A DNA stretch of 64,000 nucleotides from Rhodosorus marinus CCMP1338 (taxonomy: Eukaryota > Plantae > Rhodophyta): NCBI GenBank assembly GCA_029953675.1, contig JAMWBK010000005.1, forward strand, positions 1,178,001 to 1,242,000, written 5' to 3'. Within the stretch, counting starts at the first letter, position 1. Each line of letters opens with the position of its first letter. The notes below the pieces were generated by a model. That model saw only the letters and a list, made by a program, of their open reading frames with translations. It did not search any database and had not been told where the DNA came from. The position numbers and the translations under genes are program-made. Positions 46,110 through 58,740 of this stretch are shown here, piece by piece.

Positions 46110-47739
46110 CCTTAGCAAATCAACCCTGCGCAGAAGTGCCTCCTACCCGTATCAATCACACAAGCTCCCTAAAAACAGTCTAGCCAACCAAGCTTGTGGT
46201 GTCCGAATAGATTTCTCCCAGACTAAACAAGGGCAGTCCCACTAGACGGGAATCCAGCTTCTCACCTTACCCCTTCCCCGCTCCCCCTCTCTCAAACTGG
46301 ATCTCAAACAGGCGCAGGTTTCTTCGCTCCAACAATCGACAAACCACTCAAGCCAAGCCCGTCAAGCCCCATTTGCACCGCACGTCAACAACCTGCATTT
46401 ACACCGCACGGCCGCTAATTTCCCGTTCCCGACAGTTGCCAGCCTTGGGCCAAAATCCACAAATTCCCATAAAACCTCAGTTTGGACTAGGATCCAGTCG
46501 TGCCTGCAAAATCTGCAGTTTTCCAACTGTGATCGCTAAATCTCTGGAACCCAACGTTCACATACCGTTTCGCGGGGACAATATTGCAGTTGCCACCGAC
46601 TCCTCAACAGATTCCACATGAGCTGATAGCGCAATGGAAAATGGTACAGAAGAAGATAATGCTTTGCTGTTTTGCCCTAACGGTCCCCTTTTTTTAATTG
46701 CCACCGCTCCTAAATAATGAACTGCAAGCTGAGGGGAGATCAGGCTTCCTGATCGAGGCTTCTAAAGCGAGAAGAAAAAAAAGCAAAACTAGTTGAATGG
46801 ATTTCTAAGATTCAGGTTCGAGACGCCCAGGCTTTGGGGACTACGCACGGTTGCTCCGGCAAAGACATCTGTTTATGGCCGCCATTGCTTTTGAGGTATG
46901 GGAAGAACTGGGATCCAAATGCCGGGTGAGGGATCCGTGACCGGCCATCACATTCTCGCTCAGCCGTCCAAACGCTTCCAGTGCGGAATCGAAAATGTTA
47001 TTTGTGTGCTGGAGGACTCCATCCTACCTACGTATCTTCGGAAAAGCTGGGCAACCAACCCCACCTCAAGAGTTGCCCCTCGTATTTTTGGCCGTGCCAA
47101 TATTTTAGGTAGTTGGTGTCCACTGATGAGTTGGTAATCACACACCCGTGACTCGCTTCCCTCTTGTAGGACAACACACACCCCCGGGGTTGCTTAGGCA
47201 TCCAGTAAACCAGAAGGACCGAACTAATCCCCCACCCAAAAGTGAGGATTCGAACCTGCTACTTACCTCCCTCCAAAAACACAATACAAAAATCATTACC
47301 AAACAATAATCACAGATTTGTTTTTTTGATGCAATTGTAAATAACCTATCAATTTAGATCATATTACCTATCAATTTAGATCTTATTATCCAATTATAAT
47401 CAGTGAAAAGGAAAAATATCCAATGAAAACGTTGGTCGTTTTTGTAGTGCTCCAATTAGAACTATATAATTTCGATGGTATCTAATAGTTTTATTTTTTT
47501 TATTAGATGATTCTATTGTTTTTTATGTTTTTAGGAAGGTGGCCGTGGACGAATGGGACTAATGGCGGAGGGTTTTTTTGGGGACGGGACAGTCGTGGGT
47601 TGAATTAGGTGCGTGTTTGGTGTATCCAGAGGTTGGGTCTGCTTGTGAGGAGTGAGTTGTAGTGGGATTTCTTCGGATAGAGGGTCAGTTTTTTCGTTTG
47701 GGCAGGCACTCTATGGAGTAAGGAGCAATTTTATTTGTT

Positions 47740-48630
47740 ATGATTCCTGAGGTTGGGCGCTGGGCGATGTCCTGTCCGGAGGAGGAGCTGGAGAGGGATC
47801 TATACTACGTTGGTCAGCCGGAGATACTCAGTGACGAGCCGATATCGAAGTCGTTCAGGACGGAACTTCTCGGCTCTCCAGTTGCGGTAAGGTGCGATGC
47901 GAAAACGTTTGGGGTAGCTGGTGAGTTTTTGGTTCTGTCCTACGCTGTCGCTAGTGTTCGGCGTGTGGTTTCTGTCTGCGAAAGGGACTGAGCTGAACCC
48001 GATTGGATATAATTTGTACTTGCAGGTGAATTCTGGCAACTCAACTGGCTAATCACAAGCAGCTTGCTCAAGACATGTGGGTTCGTTTCATTGCGAGGGT
48101 TAAACGTGCTAGAGCTTGGAGCTGGAACAGGAGCACTGAGTGTAGCAATGGCGAAGCTTGGAGCACACGCTTGCGCGACCGACCTGCCGGAGCTGTTCCC
48201 TCTGTTCCAAGAGAACTCGCAAGCAAATGGTTTTCAGGTTCAAACTGAAGGGGCACATGTCTCATGTCAGAACAGAGGACGGGTGATGTTCGGATCCCTG
48301 CGTTGGGGTGTCGACACGCTTCCACAGGAGACCTTTCAGCTGATCTTGGGATGCGAGCTTCTATACTGGGGGGGTTGGTCTCTGTTTGACGAGGATCCTC
48401 AGCCAGGACTGATTCAAGTGCTTGCTTCCGAGTGCGCGAAAGGATCAGTTGCAATTTTGGTGGGTTGCTCAAGGGAGCCAAAAAGGGAACAGCACTTTTT
48501 CGAACAGATGGCTGCGAAAGGTGTACACGTGCGTTTTATCTCACCTCCCGAACGCACAAATGGGGATGTTTTTGTTGCAGAATTATCTATTGGAAAGTAC
48601 GGAACAAGCCACTGTATGCGACAGGGTTAG
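47740..48630 (+). CDS. METTL21/Methyltransf_16-family lysine methyltransferase; intron 47921-48025
   Basis: NVLELGAGTG, ATDL, L.WG and LILGCELLY. The start may instead be 47767. Confidence 0.85.
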
Positions 48631-48643
48631 CATATAAATACTG

Positions 48644-50051
48644 TCAAAAGTTGCCTCTATTTCGAACGCGCTCTATCAGTTGCTCCCTCACGTTCTGCCG
48701 CAGCATTTCAAACTCTCTTAGTCCGGCTTGCTCGCTGGTTATATACACGTCCTGCGCAGCGAGAAGCATTTGCTGTCGTCTTAGAGCTCTTGCTTGCTGA
48801 TGGCTTTTGTGAGAAAAGCAGCATGAGCTTGGGGTTGGGAGGGTTGTTTTCGCAGAATTTAAGCACTCACCATAATCGTTTGAGCATGAATTGTCATCGA
48901 CATTTCATTTAAGATGAGGATGGAGTTCCTCAGCCGACTGATCCTCCGTCTTCCATCCAAGCTCGTCTTCGGAGTCTCAGTATTCCGTCCTTGCTCCTCC
49001 AGCTCCTTCCTAGGCTCTTCCTCACTGAGCCAGATATAGCCGTTATTGCCAAATATCGCATGGATCTCACAAGGTAGCATTTGAAAGCGCTTCTTCTGCC
49101 TCTTGATCAGAGCCGACTTAACCCGAACCAGCTGCCCTTCGGATAGGCGACCGTACTTCATTGATCTTGTATGCAAAGCAATACCTCCATCTTGCTTCAG
49201 CTGCACGATTGAAAGCGGCACAAAACCCCCAAAGGTAAGCTCCGGTCAAGCCTCGAAGTTCTCGCGCACACGGAGTCCCGTAATCCTACCTCCTGAACCT
49301 CAGCGCTGATCAAGTCCTCCTCCTTTATGAGAGATCTCATATTCAATTCATCCTCGTACGTTCTTCGCCTTTGAGCACCTCCAGGTAAATTCATAGCTGA
49401 CCTGACAACACCGGAATGGAACAAAACAAGCCACACCCGTCAAATTTCCAGTGCCCTGGAGGACTGCTTGTTCTGTTCCAGCTCACAGCATCAGAACCGC
49501 CTCCTGCCTAGCGTCAACGTCAAGCTTCCACCGGTTTTGAGAAACTTCTACGACTCGACTTGTTTTGTTTTTCAACCGGCACAACCATACAGCGAAATAC
49601 GGGATTAGCCAGGCGAATAACCGCACGCTCAGTCGATCGTGACGGGGTGAAGGGGTTTCATCTTACCCGATCACAACATCCCCTATTTCGGGTGTATATC
49701 GAGAAACAAGGGGACGAACAGAGACAAGCTTATTCACCCTATCGACGACGCCACCAACGGTAGCAATCAGCAACCCACTCTCAGTCAGGGTCCCGCGGCC
49801 CCTTACGAAACCAGGTTCTACATGTATTTGATCACCAGCGACCACACACCTGAAGCAAAATTTCTCAAAAAGTCAGGTCCACCCAGAATCACACCCAAAC
49901 AACACTCACAAAGCGCGCTATTCCAATCTTCAAATGCTCACATCTGCCCTAGCTCAGACGAGCGATCTACATCCTCCGTCCTCGATCTCGTAGCCGCTCG
50001 TACGACTACCGTACAATGATCATCCACTTCCACGTCCACCATCTCGTTCAT
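48644..50051 (-). CDS. RRP4: Exosome complex component RRP4 (EXOSC2), multi-exon
   Basis: GFVRGRGT..ATVGGVVDRVNKLVSVRP, NLPGGAQRRRTYEDELNMR..EEDLISAEVQ, LHTRSMKYGRL and IFGNNGYIW. Confidence 0.93.
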
Positions 50052-50808
50052 TTCATCCAGGATTAAGCAATGACGAAACCCCACCCCAGTCACAACATCT
50101 CACTCTCCGTTTGCAACCCCCCTTTTCCGAGCTATGTTCAGTGCCTACCAGCTCCAAAAGCATTGGCCAGTGGAGCTCAGGAAAACAACCGGCAACTTGT
50201 AAAACGCCAGAAGCCCAACTCCTCTTGGATAAAGGAGTTGCCTCTCCGATCAGTGGACATCATGTCCTGCCCCTCATGGAGAGAAAAAAAAGAGGAAGCC
50301 GTGTTATAGCAAGAGGTACAATAGGTTTGATCTTGTTGATAGACAGAGACTTGTCAATAATCTCTTAGTTCAGCGGGAACAGCTTTGTTCCGCTAGGAGA
50401 ATGGTGGGCACTCACGCACGCTCGGCGGCGATTCTCGGAGGATCGACTTTCGTTGGATCATCTTGTCCACGGCCAACTGGTTCGAGCTCTTGGCACCGAA
50501 AAGCCGTGTCGGCACTCATTGAAAGGCTTCCTTCCAGAAGAGACCAATAATTCATTCCAAACTTTTTTTAAGACATGCATGTTAAGGGTGGCACGGATAT
50601 GGCATTTTGGTTCGAATGGAAATGGTTTTGGCTTGTGAAAAGTGAGAAGCTGTTGCTCCCGTTGTTTTGCTGTAAGTTAACTGATTGGACTTGGCTATTG
50701 TTCGGTTAGGTATAGAGAAGCCGGAAACCCATTGATTCTGAGGGAGTTTGTAGGAGAGGATTAGAGGATTGTTTTCGCTGAGTCGTTCTGTAATCCCGCC
50801 TTTCGCCT

Positions 50809-52076
50809 TCAGGGCTCGTCCCGGTGAAGTTCAGATTCTCTCGTCATCGCTTCATGCACGTAGGGGTCCACCTTTGCTCGGGCCTCTTCAACATATTTAA
50901 AGACAGTGTCGGTGCATACCTTGGCATCCAGAGGCATCGTGTCTTCCAAAGTCAATGGTCCTTGAGCCGTTCTCCTAAGCGCGATCATGTGTGCGCAACT
51001 ATTCTGTTGATTTCACAGCGTGGTAAAGCAGCAAATTGATATCAGTAGCGAGCCAGAACCTCGTGGTGTTATTTGATCAACCCTACCATCGCTCGTGCGA
51101 TATCTTGTATCAACGTTCTGATATAAGTACCTCCACTGCACTCAACGAGAATCTCAAAATGCGGGTTGTCAAAGCTAGAAAGCTCCAGCCTGGTTATCAT
51201 CACCTTCGAGATGGACAAGCCCGAGCACCCACATTCAGAATGGAGCCATGTACTATGCACATTTGCCTGGTTCGACTGCAATGATCCAAAATGACGGACG
51301 ACGCTATAAATCAGTCTTACCTTTTTGGGCATCAACTTGACCTCCTCTCCCTGTCGAGCGAGCTCATACGCACGTTTCCCCTTCACCATCTTGGCAGAAA
51401 ACGCTGGTGGTGTCTGAACACGAGCGTTGGCGTGTGAGGACCCGTTACATTGTGCTGGAAGTATAAAAACAACATGGACGTGCCCAAAACGCTCAAATTG
51501 ATGGCTTGAAAGACTCACTTGAAGTATTTCGCCCCTGAAACCATCCAATACGCTTTCGACGTCTTCACGCGTGATATGAGAGTATTCCGACGTCCTCGTC
51601 GTCTCGCCCAATGAATCCTGCGTATCCGTTTCCGAGCCAAGTTCTGCAGAACCGACGTATGTCTTTCTTCCACTGAGGAAGAATTTCGTTTTCTTTGTGG
51701 CGCTTCCTATAGCCAGGAGGAGTACCCCACTAGCTAAGGGATCGAGCGTGCCTCCTTGGAGCATATGAGAACTTCTGTTCAGGGTCTTGTGTAAGGTCTG
51801 GGAGAACCAACCATTCTATCAAGCAGCGACCGCAATCAGTGCAGCGAGTTTCTTCAATATAGCTCGGAGCTTACCATGGCCGCACTTCACGTTGAGAAGT
51901 TTCCTGACTTTAATTCCTTGGCTTCGAGCCTCGGTGACGATAGCTTTTCTGACCCTATCCACCACAGCATGCGAGGATATACCTGTTGGTTTGTCCACAG
52001 CAAATATTCCTGATCGCTCTGACATGAACTCTGACAGAGTCATTGTCCCATGATCCACACTCTCCTGCATGGTCAT
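50809..52076 (-). CDS. truB: tRNA pseudouridine synthase B family, multi-exon; 5' end uncertain
   Basis: AVDKPTGISSH, GHGGTLDPLASGVL, KTY..LG.ETDTQD, PPAFSAK..GKRAYELARQG and CSGGTYIRTL. Confidence 0.92.
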
Positions 52077-52677
52077 CGTAGCTTGTTCTCGCCGGCCGTA
52101 GGCGACAAAGTTCGATCGCCAAGCGGGGCAACGGGCAAAGGATGGACGGCCAAGAAAATCGACCACTCTAACGAGCGTGAAGCTCAAAACCCCGCGACGT
52201 TGAACGAGGTTCCCCGGACTCATCCTTCACGTTCCACGAGTCACGATTCGTGATTCTGAATTCCCCTTCAAGTCAGCTTTTTGAACAACACTACTCGATT
52301 ACCATGATCAGCTGTGAGATCGAAGACGAACACTTGAGCGGGTTATTTAGTCCAAGACCCCCTAGAAACTTCACGCGTTCGCAACCACGATGGCAAGCTG
52401 CGCTCGCTACCGGAGGGATATCGCCGAATTGAGCCAAATCTTTGGGCGGCGGAGGTTTGGGGTTTTTAGGATTGCCCAGATAGTGGAGATGGACGTAGCG
52501 CGTCGCGTCAGCACGTCTTCGCCACATAGATCCCAACCCGGTGACGCGCAAAGCAGCTTATCGCGTGATTTCTTCAAGAGCATAGTTTATTTTGTTGATT
52601 CGATGTTAGTAAATATACATACACTAGTTTCAATCTTATTAACCAGGAGTGCAAGCTTCAAGCATTGAAACTGGGGG

Positions 52678-53749
52678 TTATGATTCCCTAGTCGCGTCGA
52701 GATCGACAACGACCACGCTCGAGTCATCTCGTCCGTTGCGCTTGTGAGTCAAATCCGCGAGGCTACGACTTGCGAGGCGTAGATCTCCTTTTGCCTCGAC
52801 TAATTTTCTACGTATTTCGGTGTCGCTCACAACCCCCCAAAGACCATCAGTCCCAAGAACCAGAAATGAGTTCTCCTCATCAACCTCAAGGTTGACAATT
52901 TCGGGCTCCGCAACGATAAATTGTTTGTATCTGATGTCACCAATAGCCCGTGACACCGCAACGCACCCGCTAACGCGCTTGTTCAGAACATATCCACCGG
53001 CACCTATGCACCATTGAGAAAACCAAAGCATGAGAAACTCTTTCATCACCAAGCTATGTAAATGCAGCCCAACGCTAAACAAGCATCCATGATCTCCCCT
53101 GACGCTGATGCTTACGTTGAATTCTCTCGGCTTCAGTTGCCGTCGTGGCGATGTGATCAGTGGTCAAGGTCTCCAGGCGAGTTGGAGTGACCAGCAGCGC
53201 TCTGGAATCACCCACATGAGCGACGGTCAACTTCTTTCCGCTGATATGAACGCACAGTGCCGTCGTACCGCATGATGAAGAACCATGGCTACAAAACTCC
53301 TCACACTTGGCAAAGTCGCTGTCGGTTTCCAGAAAAGCCTCTCGCATTGACTTCCGATCTAGAACAATCTTCTCGTGTAACTTTCTGGACGCATATTCAG
53401 CAGCACGACTGCCCCCATGTCCGTCGAAAACGCTGTAGTAGCCATTTGCTTTGTCTGCATAGCATACGTCCTCCAAATTTTCCCGTCTCGTGCCCTGCTG
53501 AGATACTGAAAAGTACGACACCCCATCCCCGCTCTCACGTGGTCTATGCCTCTCAAAACAAGGTACAGATAAGGGTGTGATCAAAGGTTTTGATGCGACT
53601 GAAGACAGCTCCAAGTTCAGCTGCTTCCCCCTACTTCTCTTTCTATTGACTGCAAGAAAGCATGGCCTTTCCTCACCGCTGCCAACAAGCTTTGTCGCTC
53701 CAGCGTCCAAAGCATCTACACGAATGAGTACGTTCGTCTCGGTCAACAT
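52678..53749 (-). CDS. PP2C (PPM) protein phosphatase, 2 exons
   Basis: VFDGHGG, GTTAL, AHVGDSRA, LTTDH, VSRAIGD, LGTDGLW and DDSSVVVV. Confidence 0.93.
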
Positions 53750-56700
53750 CGAGTCTCAAAGCTGAACTTGACCTCTCAAGGAATCGTCACACCGTCTCCA
53801 AGTCTCCTCTTCCAACTGTCTCTCCCTTCCCCCGGCCAGTGTCCCTTCAAACTGACGCCACACTCGCAAGCGAACCTCCCTTGAACTAGAATTCGCGTCC
53901 GTCCAGACACAAAAACCTGCTCTTGCCAATCCCAGTCATCCAGAGTCCCTCCTTTCCCAAACCAAACGCTTCAACGCTCAGACACAACTCGGTGAGAAAA
54001 CGATCAGCAACGCGACATTTCTCACCGACCTTCACCACCTGCTAGCGACGCAGGGAGATGTTTACGCTTGTCTCAGCTTCACATTTCCCAAATACTGCAC
54101 GGGTCAAGTCTTCCATATGTAATGGAACATATGTGACTGTCAAGATCGTTCCCTTTCCAGCTGATACCAGTCCGCGAACAAGCCACCCGAACACTCATAA
54201 GTTCCCTCACAGCCCACTTCCAAAGCAGACCCTCGACTCGATTATAAATAATTCATCCCAAAAAGAGGGCCCGACCACACCCCCACACCCCCCTCCCCTC
54301 AAAAAGTAAAAGTTCTTAAAAAGAAAGGAAAAAAAGATATCATGTCGAAGGATGCGTTCGGCATGATACGCGGACCCTCTCCACATCCCTTCTTTTCTGG
54401 GAATCTCACCCTGAATAGTGAAAATGACTCCAAAATTTACATTATTTTATCAAATATTTCGGGAAAACTAGCTGAGCGTCCAGTATCGTAGGGAGGAAAA
54501 CGGTAAAGGGGGCTGGGAAAGGGGGGGGCGTTGAAGAAGGAGACGAGGTTGGACCGGATGAGAAAATACCGTCGTCCGGCTGCGCTGGACACCTTTTCAA
54601 GTTTACACAAAAAAAAGGAAGTTCCTCGTGAGTGCAACCGAAGAAAATTTGGCAGCTTTTCTGGTATTCTCGTCGTGCTCGTGAGTACCCTCAGGACATG
54701 GCACGTTTTAATACTTGCAGGTCGATGATGCCCCTCTTAAAATAGAATTTTGGCAAAGGAAGCAAGGGGTGGTTCTGCTTCCCATCTCGCCCTGCGATTA
54801 TGAATGTGGTTTAATTTTATAGGCATCGGAAAAAAATTGTCGATTCTGTCGTTATGATTGCCGAGGGGGGGGTGCGATAGTCAGGATCGGATCTGCTCGG
54901 CTTAGTCCTCGGGTCTTGAGGAAAAGCGCTTGACGTGGTGAGCTAGAAATACCCTCAATATATTTCTTCTATTTTTGAATATTCTAAATATATAGGGATA
55001 TATACATATATAGAGAAGAGGAGGAGACACTTTTTGCTGTCTTCATGGATCAGGAAAACATATGATAATATCAGAATCTGGCTAACCCGCCCTAGTTCCA
55101 AAACAACCAAGCGCATTGGAAGAGAGATCTCGACCCCGCTTTTCATTCTAAGATTAACGCAGTCAACCATGCTGGATTATTCTATGGAAAACAACTCCCA
55201 AGTTGTATTTTTGGCCGTAGAGAGATTACCAATATTTTGTTTTTCAATAGTATTTTATCTGTTTGTAGTGTTGATTGATTTTTCCTAGGGTAGACCGTGT
55301 CGCCTGCAGTAACACACCTGATCAACAAATAAAATAGATGTGAGAACCGAAAAAAAATTGTCATTCTCATAAAATGTTTGTAGTTAATATTGTCCGGCTT
55401 TTTTTGCCATTACATTAGAGGTGTCGAAATACTTCCACCAAACATGATGAGAGCCTAGCTCTACCAGTTTCTTTGAAATCCCACTTTCCAAACAGCTCTC
55501 CTTCATCGAAAAAAAAAAAAAGAAGAAGAAAGAAAGGTGGGGCAGATAATATGTCAGCGTAGTTGTTAGTAAGCGCATGAACATCAACGACAGGGTGTCC
55601 GTAAGTAAGTAGGGTTTTGGAACCATCAACTTTTTTTAGAAAACCTTTGCCCCAGACGGAAAGAGGCTTTTAGCCCTCCAAGAACGTTTTACGGGCTCTT
55701 TTGGCCATAACCATAGCGTGCCAGGACGCCTTAAATTAGTTTTTTTATCTTTCCTACCGTCATTTTTATGGAATAACGGCCAATACCATATCTCCCGTCC
55801 AAAAAAACACACAACAAAAATAGAATCTTGGATCTTATGTATTTCATTTGAAAAATATTAATTCAACCATATTAATAATCTCGTAAATCAAGTCAAGCAC
55901 TATTTTAGTTTTGGGGGGTTTGGATGTTGCGTCCACTGTGCCCAGTAAGCTCTTATGTATTGCCAGGAGGGTGTGAGTCGCGTTCACAGGTCTTGGAGGG
56001 TTTGGGTTGAGTGCAGACGCAATTCCGCATTTCCCTAAAACATGCTGCGCGGGGTAGAGCTGAAAATTTACTCCGTTCGTTTCGTTTCTTAATGGAGCAT
56101 TAAGAGCCCGGTGAGAGTAGGGGGGGGGGGGGAGGGTGTAGGGCTCTTTACCACAGCTTGCCTCCTCCACCGGATCCACAAATGCGTCTGTTTTGCAGCA
56201 GGCATTTGGCATGGACAAAATCCAACGATTTTGGTCGTAAGAAACCCGTTGACGGGGTTAGGATCGGTGCAAGAGAAAAGTTGGGGCACTGGTAAATAGC
56301 GTTCATAGGCGTAGGGATTATCTGCTCATCGCCGTTTGAGGGCCTGCGAGAGTGGGCGAAGTGACCGTGCTCCAACCGCATATATCACGGCTCCGTACCG
56401 TTGCCATTTTTGGTGAGGACTCTTAGATTAGGCGTTTTGGGTTTCGAAGTACCCAATTATGAACTGATACCTCTTCTTTCCGGTCAGAAGGGAAGTTCTG
56501 AGGAAGTCTGGATGCCCAAACTAGAATAGCTCGGCTATCTCTAGGCGGTCAAGCACGGGACGGGATGACTAGACGAACCTAGTTTTAGTGGTGCTTGGGA
56601 AGCAGGCGTCTGAGCACAAAGACGCACACACAGTAGGAATGAAGCCCCAGTGGTTCGAGGCTTCGTCGGACTCTCGCCGTAGCAGGGGCAGCCCAGGAAT

Positions 56701-58740
56701 CCTCTTGGCAACCTCTCTGTAAACAGAACAAAAGTCCGTTTATTTGAGACTATCTACTCTGAGAGCATTCGTCTACCGAGGACGCGTGCGAACTGGGAAA
56801 CAGTGGTTCAACCAGCAGTGTATTGTCAGGAATATCGGACGCACAGCCGTATGGACGAACGACAACCGCATAGGAAAGACCGCTTTGTATTCCTCCTGCA
56901 GATCAGGTATGGCTCAACCAGTCGGATGGGGTCCTCAGAAATCCCGGAACAGCCGTGCTGAATAAACGCATTGCAAGCGCATCGACGATCATAGTGAACC
57001 CGGCAGTGCGCTGACCCCCTTCGAGCTACGGATCGGCCCTCGATCATCGCCCAAGCCCATTTTGCTAAAAAAAACCTCTTTCCAGTCGGGAAAGCTTCAG
57101 TACTGTTTATAAGCTCGAACAAGTCCCCATGAAACGGGCTGCGTGAAAGCTTCAGCCGCAACTACTGAGCTCGCACGAGTCTGCACGAACCCGGCTATGC
57201 ATGAAAGCTTCATCGGCAATTTATGAGCTCGGACAAGTTCCGCACGTCACGGGCAGACCATTTGGGAGGCTCAGCGCGACAACCAAAAAAATTATCCTGC
57301 CGATTGTTATGGAAACGCTTCCGCAACAAGTTCAACAATTTATTCAACAATTCATTCAAATGCTATTCAACACGTTTGTGTAGTCCGCAGCCTGAAAGGA
57401 ACTATTACCAGCTCAGGTTGCCCCATCGAACGAGCCTCTCACTTGCGAACTACAACGAGCAGCGAAAACTACCGCCCAGACAACGTATCTAGGCGACCTG
57501 CCCACAAAATGCTAGTGGTGCAACAACAAAGTCCATAGGGCTTTCCTCAGAGCGCCGACACTGATTTCTCTCTTCAGGACACCCAATAAACAAGAAGAAT
57601 CAATTTCTCGAAGCAAAGCGTGTTTTTGGGAGAAACTCCGAGTAAGGTCACATCTCCGGAGCTTCCTCGGACTCGTGAATGTTTGCCGGTCAGCTAACAC
57701 CTTCCAACGCCGAGGACGGGAATGTCCACTCATCTTTCCTTTCGAGTTGAAATGCTCAAGGCCAAGACGCCCAAAGTCATAGCGAACTTGTTCAAGTGAC
57801 GAAAGCAAATCGCTTGTTAGAAGCTGGTCCTCCGCCGGGATTCGATTTGGTTCCAAAAAGCTTGCAGAGAAGACCTTTCCACGTAGAACTAGTTTGGATC
57901 TAAAGTACTTGACTGTAAACGTTTCGCACATGAAGCTTCACTCCATCCACCCGCTGCAAAGGCGATGAAATTGATGGACCGCCTAGATGGGATCTGAAGT
58001 CCGAGCTCAACCGTTTTTCAGTTTGTCCATCTCTTTCCGGATAGCGCTGGATGGTTTGAGACTGCAAAAACGGGCCCGGTGTCTTCAGCCCGTGATTGGA
58101 CACTGATGACGGTGAGAACCTTGACTTGGTCAAACACCAAACAGTCAAACGGCTAGCAGCAGTCTTTCGATCGTCAGTCTCTCTCTCGTCCTTCTCTCCT
58201 CTAATCAACTGAGTCACCCGCGCACAAGGATCGATACCCTTGTGGTCAGAGCTAGCATTGACAAAGCACTACCAACCCTAAATGAGGCTCCTCCAAGTGA
58301 AAACCCGAAAGCGTTCTCCAACCTTGATGCCTTCGTTTCGACTTCATCGATTCAGAAATCGCGTTCACCGCCTTTGAGAAGAAAAGCGTTTGCGGCGTTT
58401 CCATCTAAATGCTCTCTGAAGACGAATCTCTGAGGGCTCGTTTCTGCTCGTTCTTAAGTTACCGTGGGTAGGGAGGGAGCTATTCAAGTAAATCTGAGCA
58501 GACCATGTTTGCAAGACTTCCTTAGTCGTGTGGAGAGTGTGGGACACAATTGGCTCGGCCCAGGTGGAGCCGATAAAGGATTAACTGAAGGTTTTAGTCC
58601 TTTGTTTTTGGAGAAGAGTTCCTCACAGGAGTCAAAAGAACCTAGTGGTGTTCGTATCTGTGAAAATGGTGAAGGATTTGGTGTCTTTGTTAGAATGAGT
58701 GATAGTGTATTTGGGTATGAGAGCGTGAAGGGAATGGTTT

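Noticed and set aside
47240-47262. tRNA T-loop/B-box GGTTCGAATCC on the minus strand
   Set aside because: No A-box, acceptor stem or cloverleaf around it.
55384-55629. BED-finger-like VWWKYF suggesting a hAT relic
   Set aside because: Only one short motif; the Cys/His ligands and downstream transposase were not recoverable.
56050-56140. Fe/Mn-SOD-like N-terminus YTLPPPPYSHRAL
   Set aside because: The prolines come from a G homopolymer run, and no metal-ligand His motifs follow.
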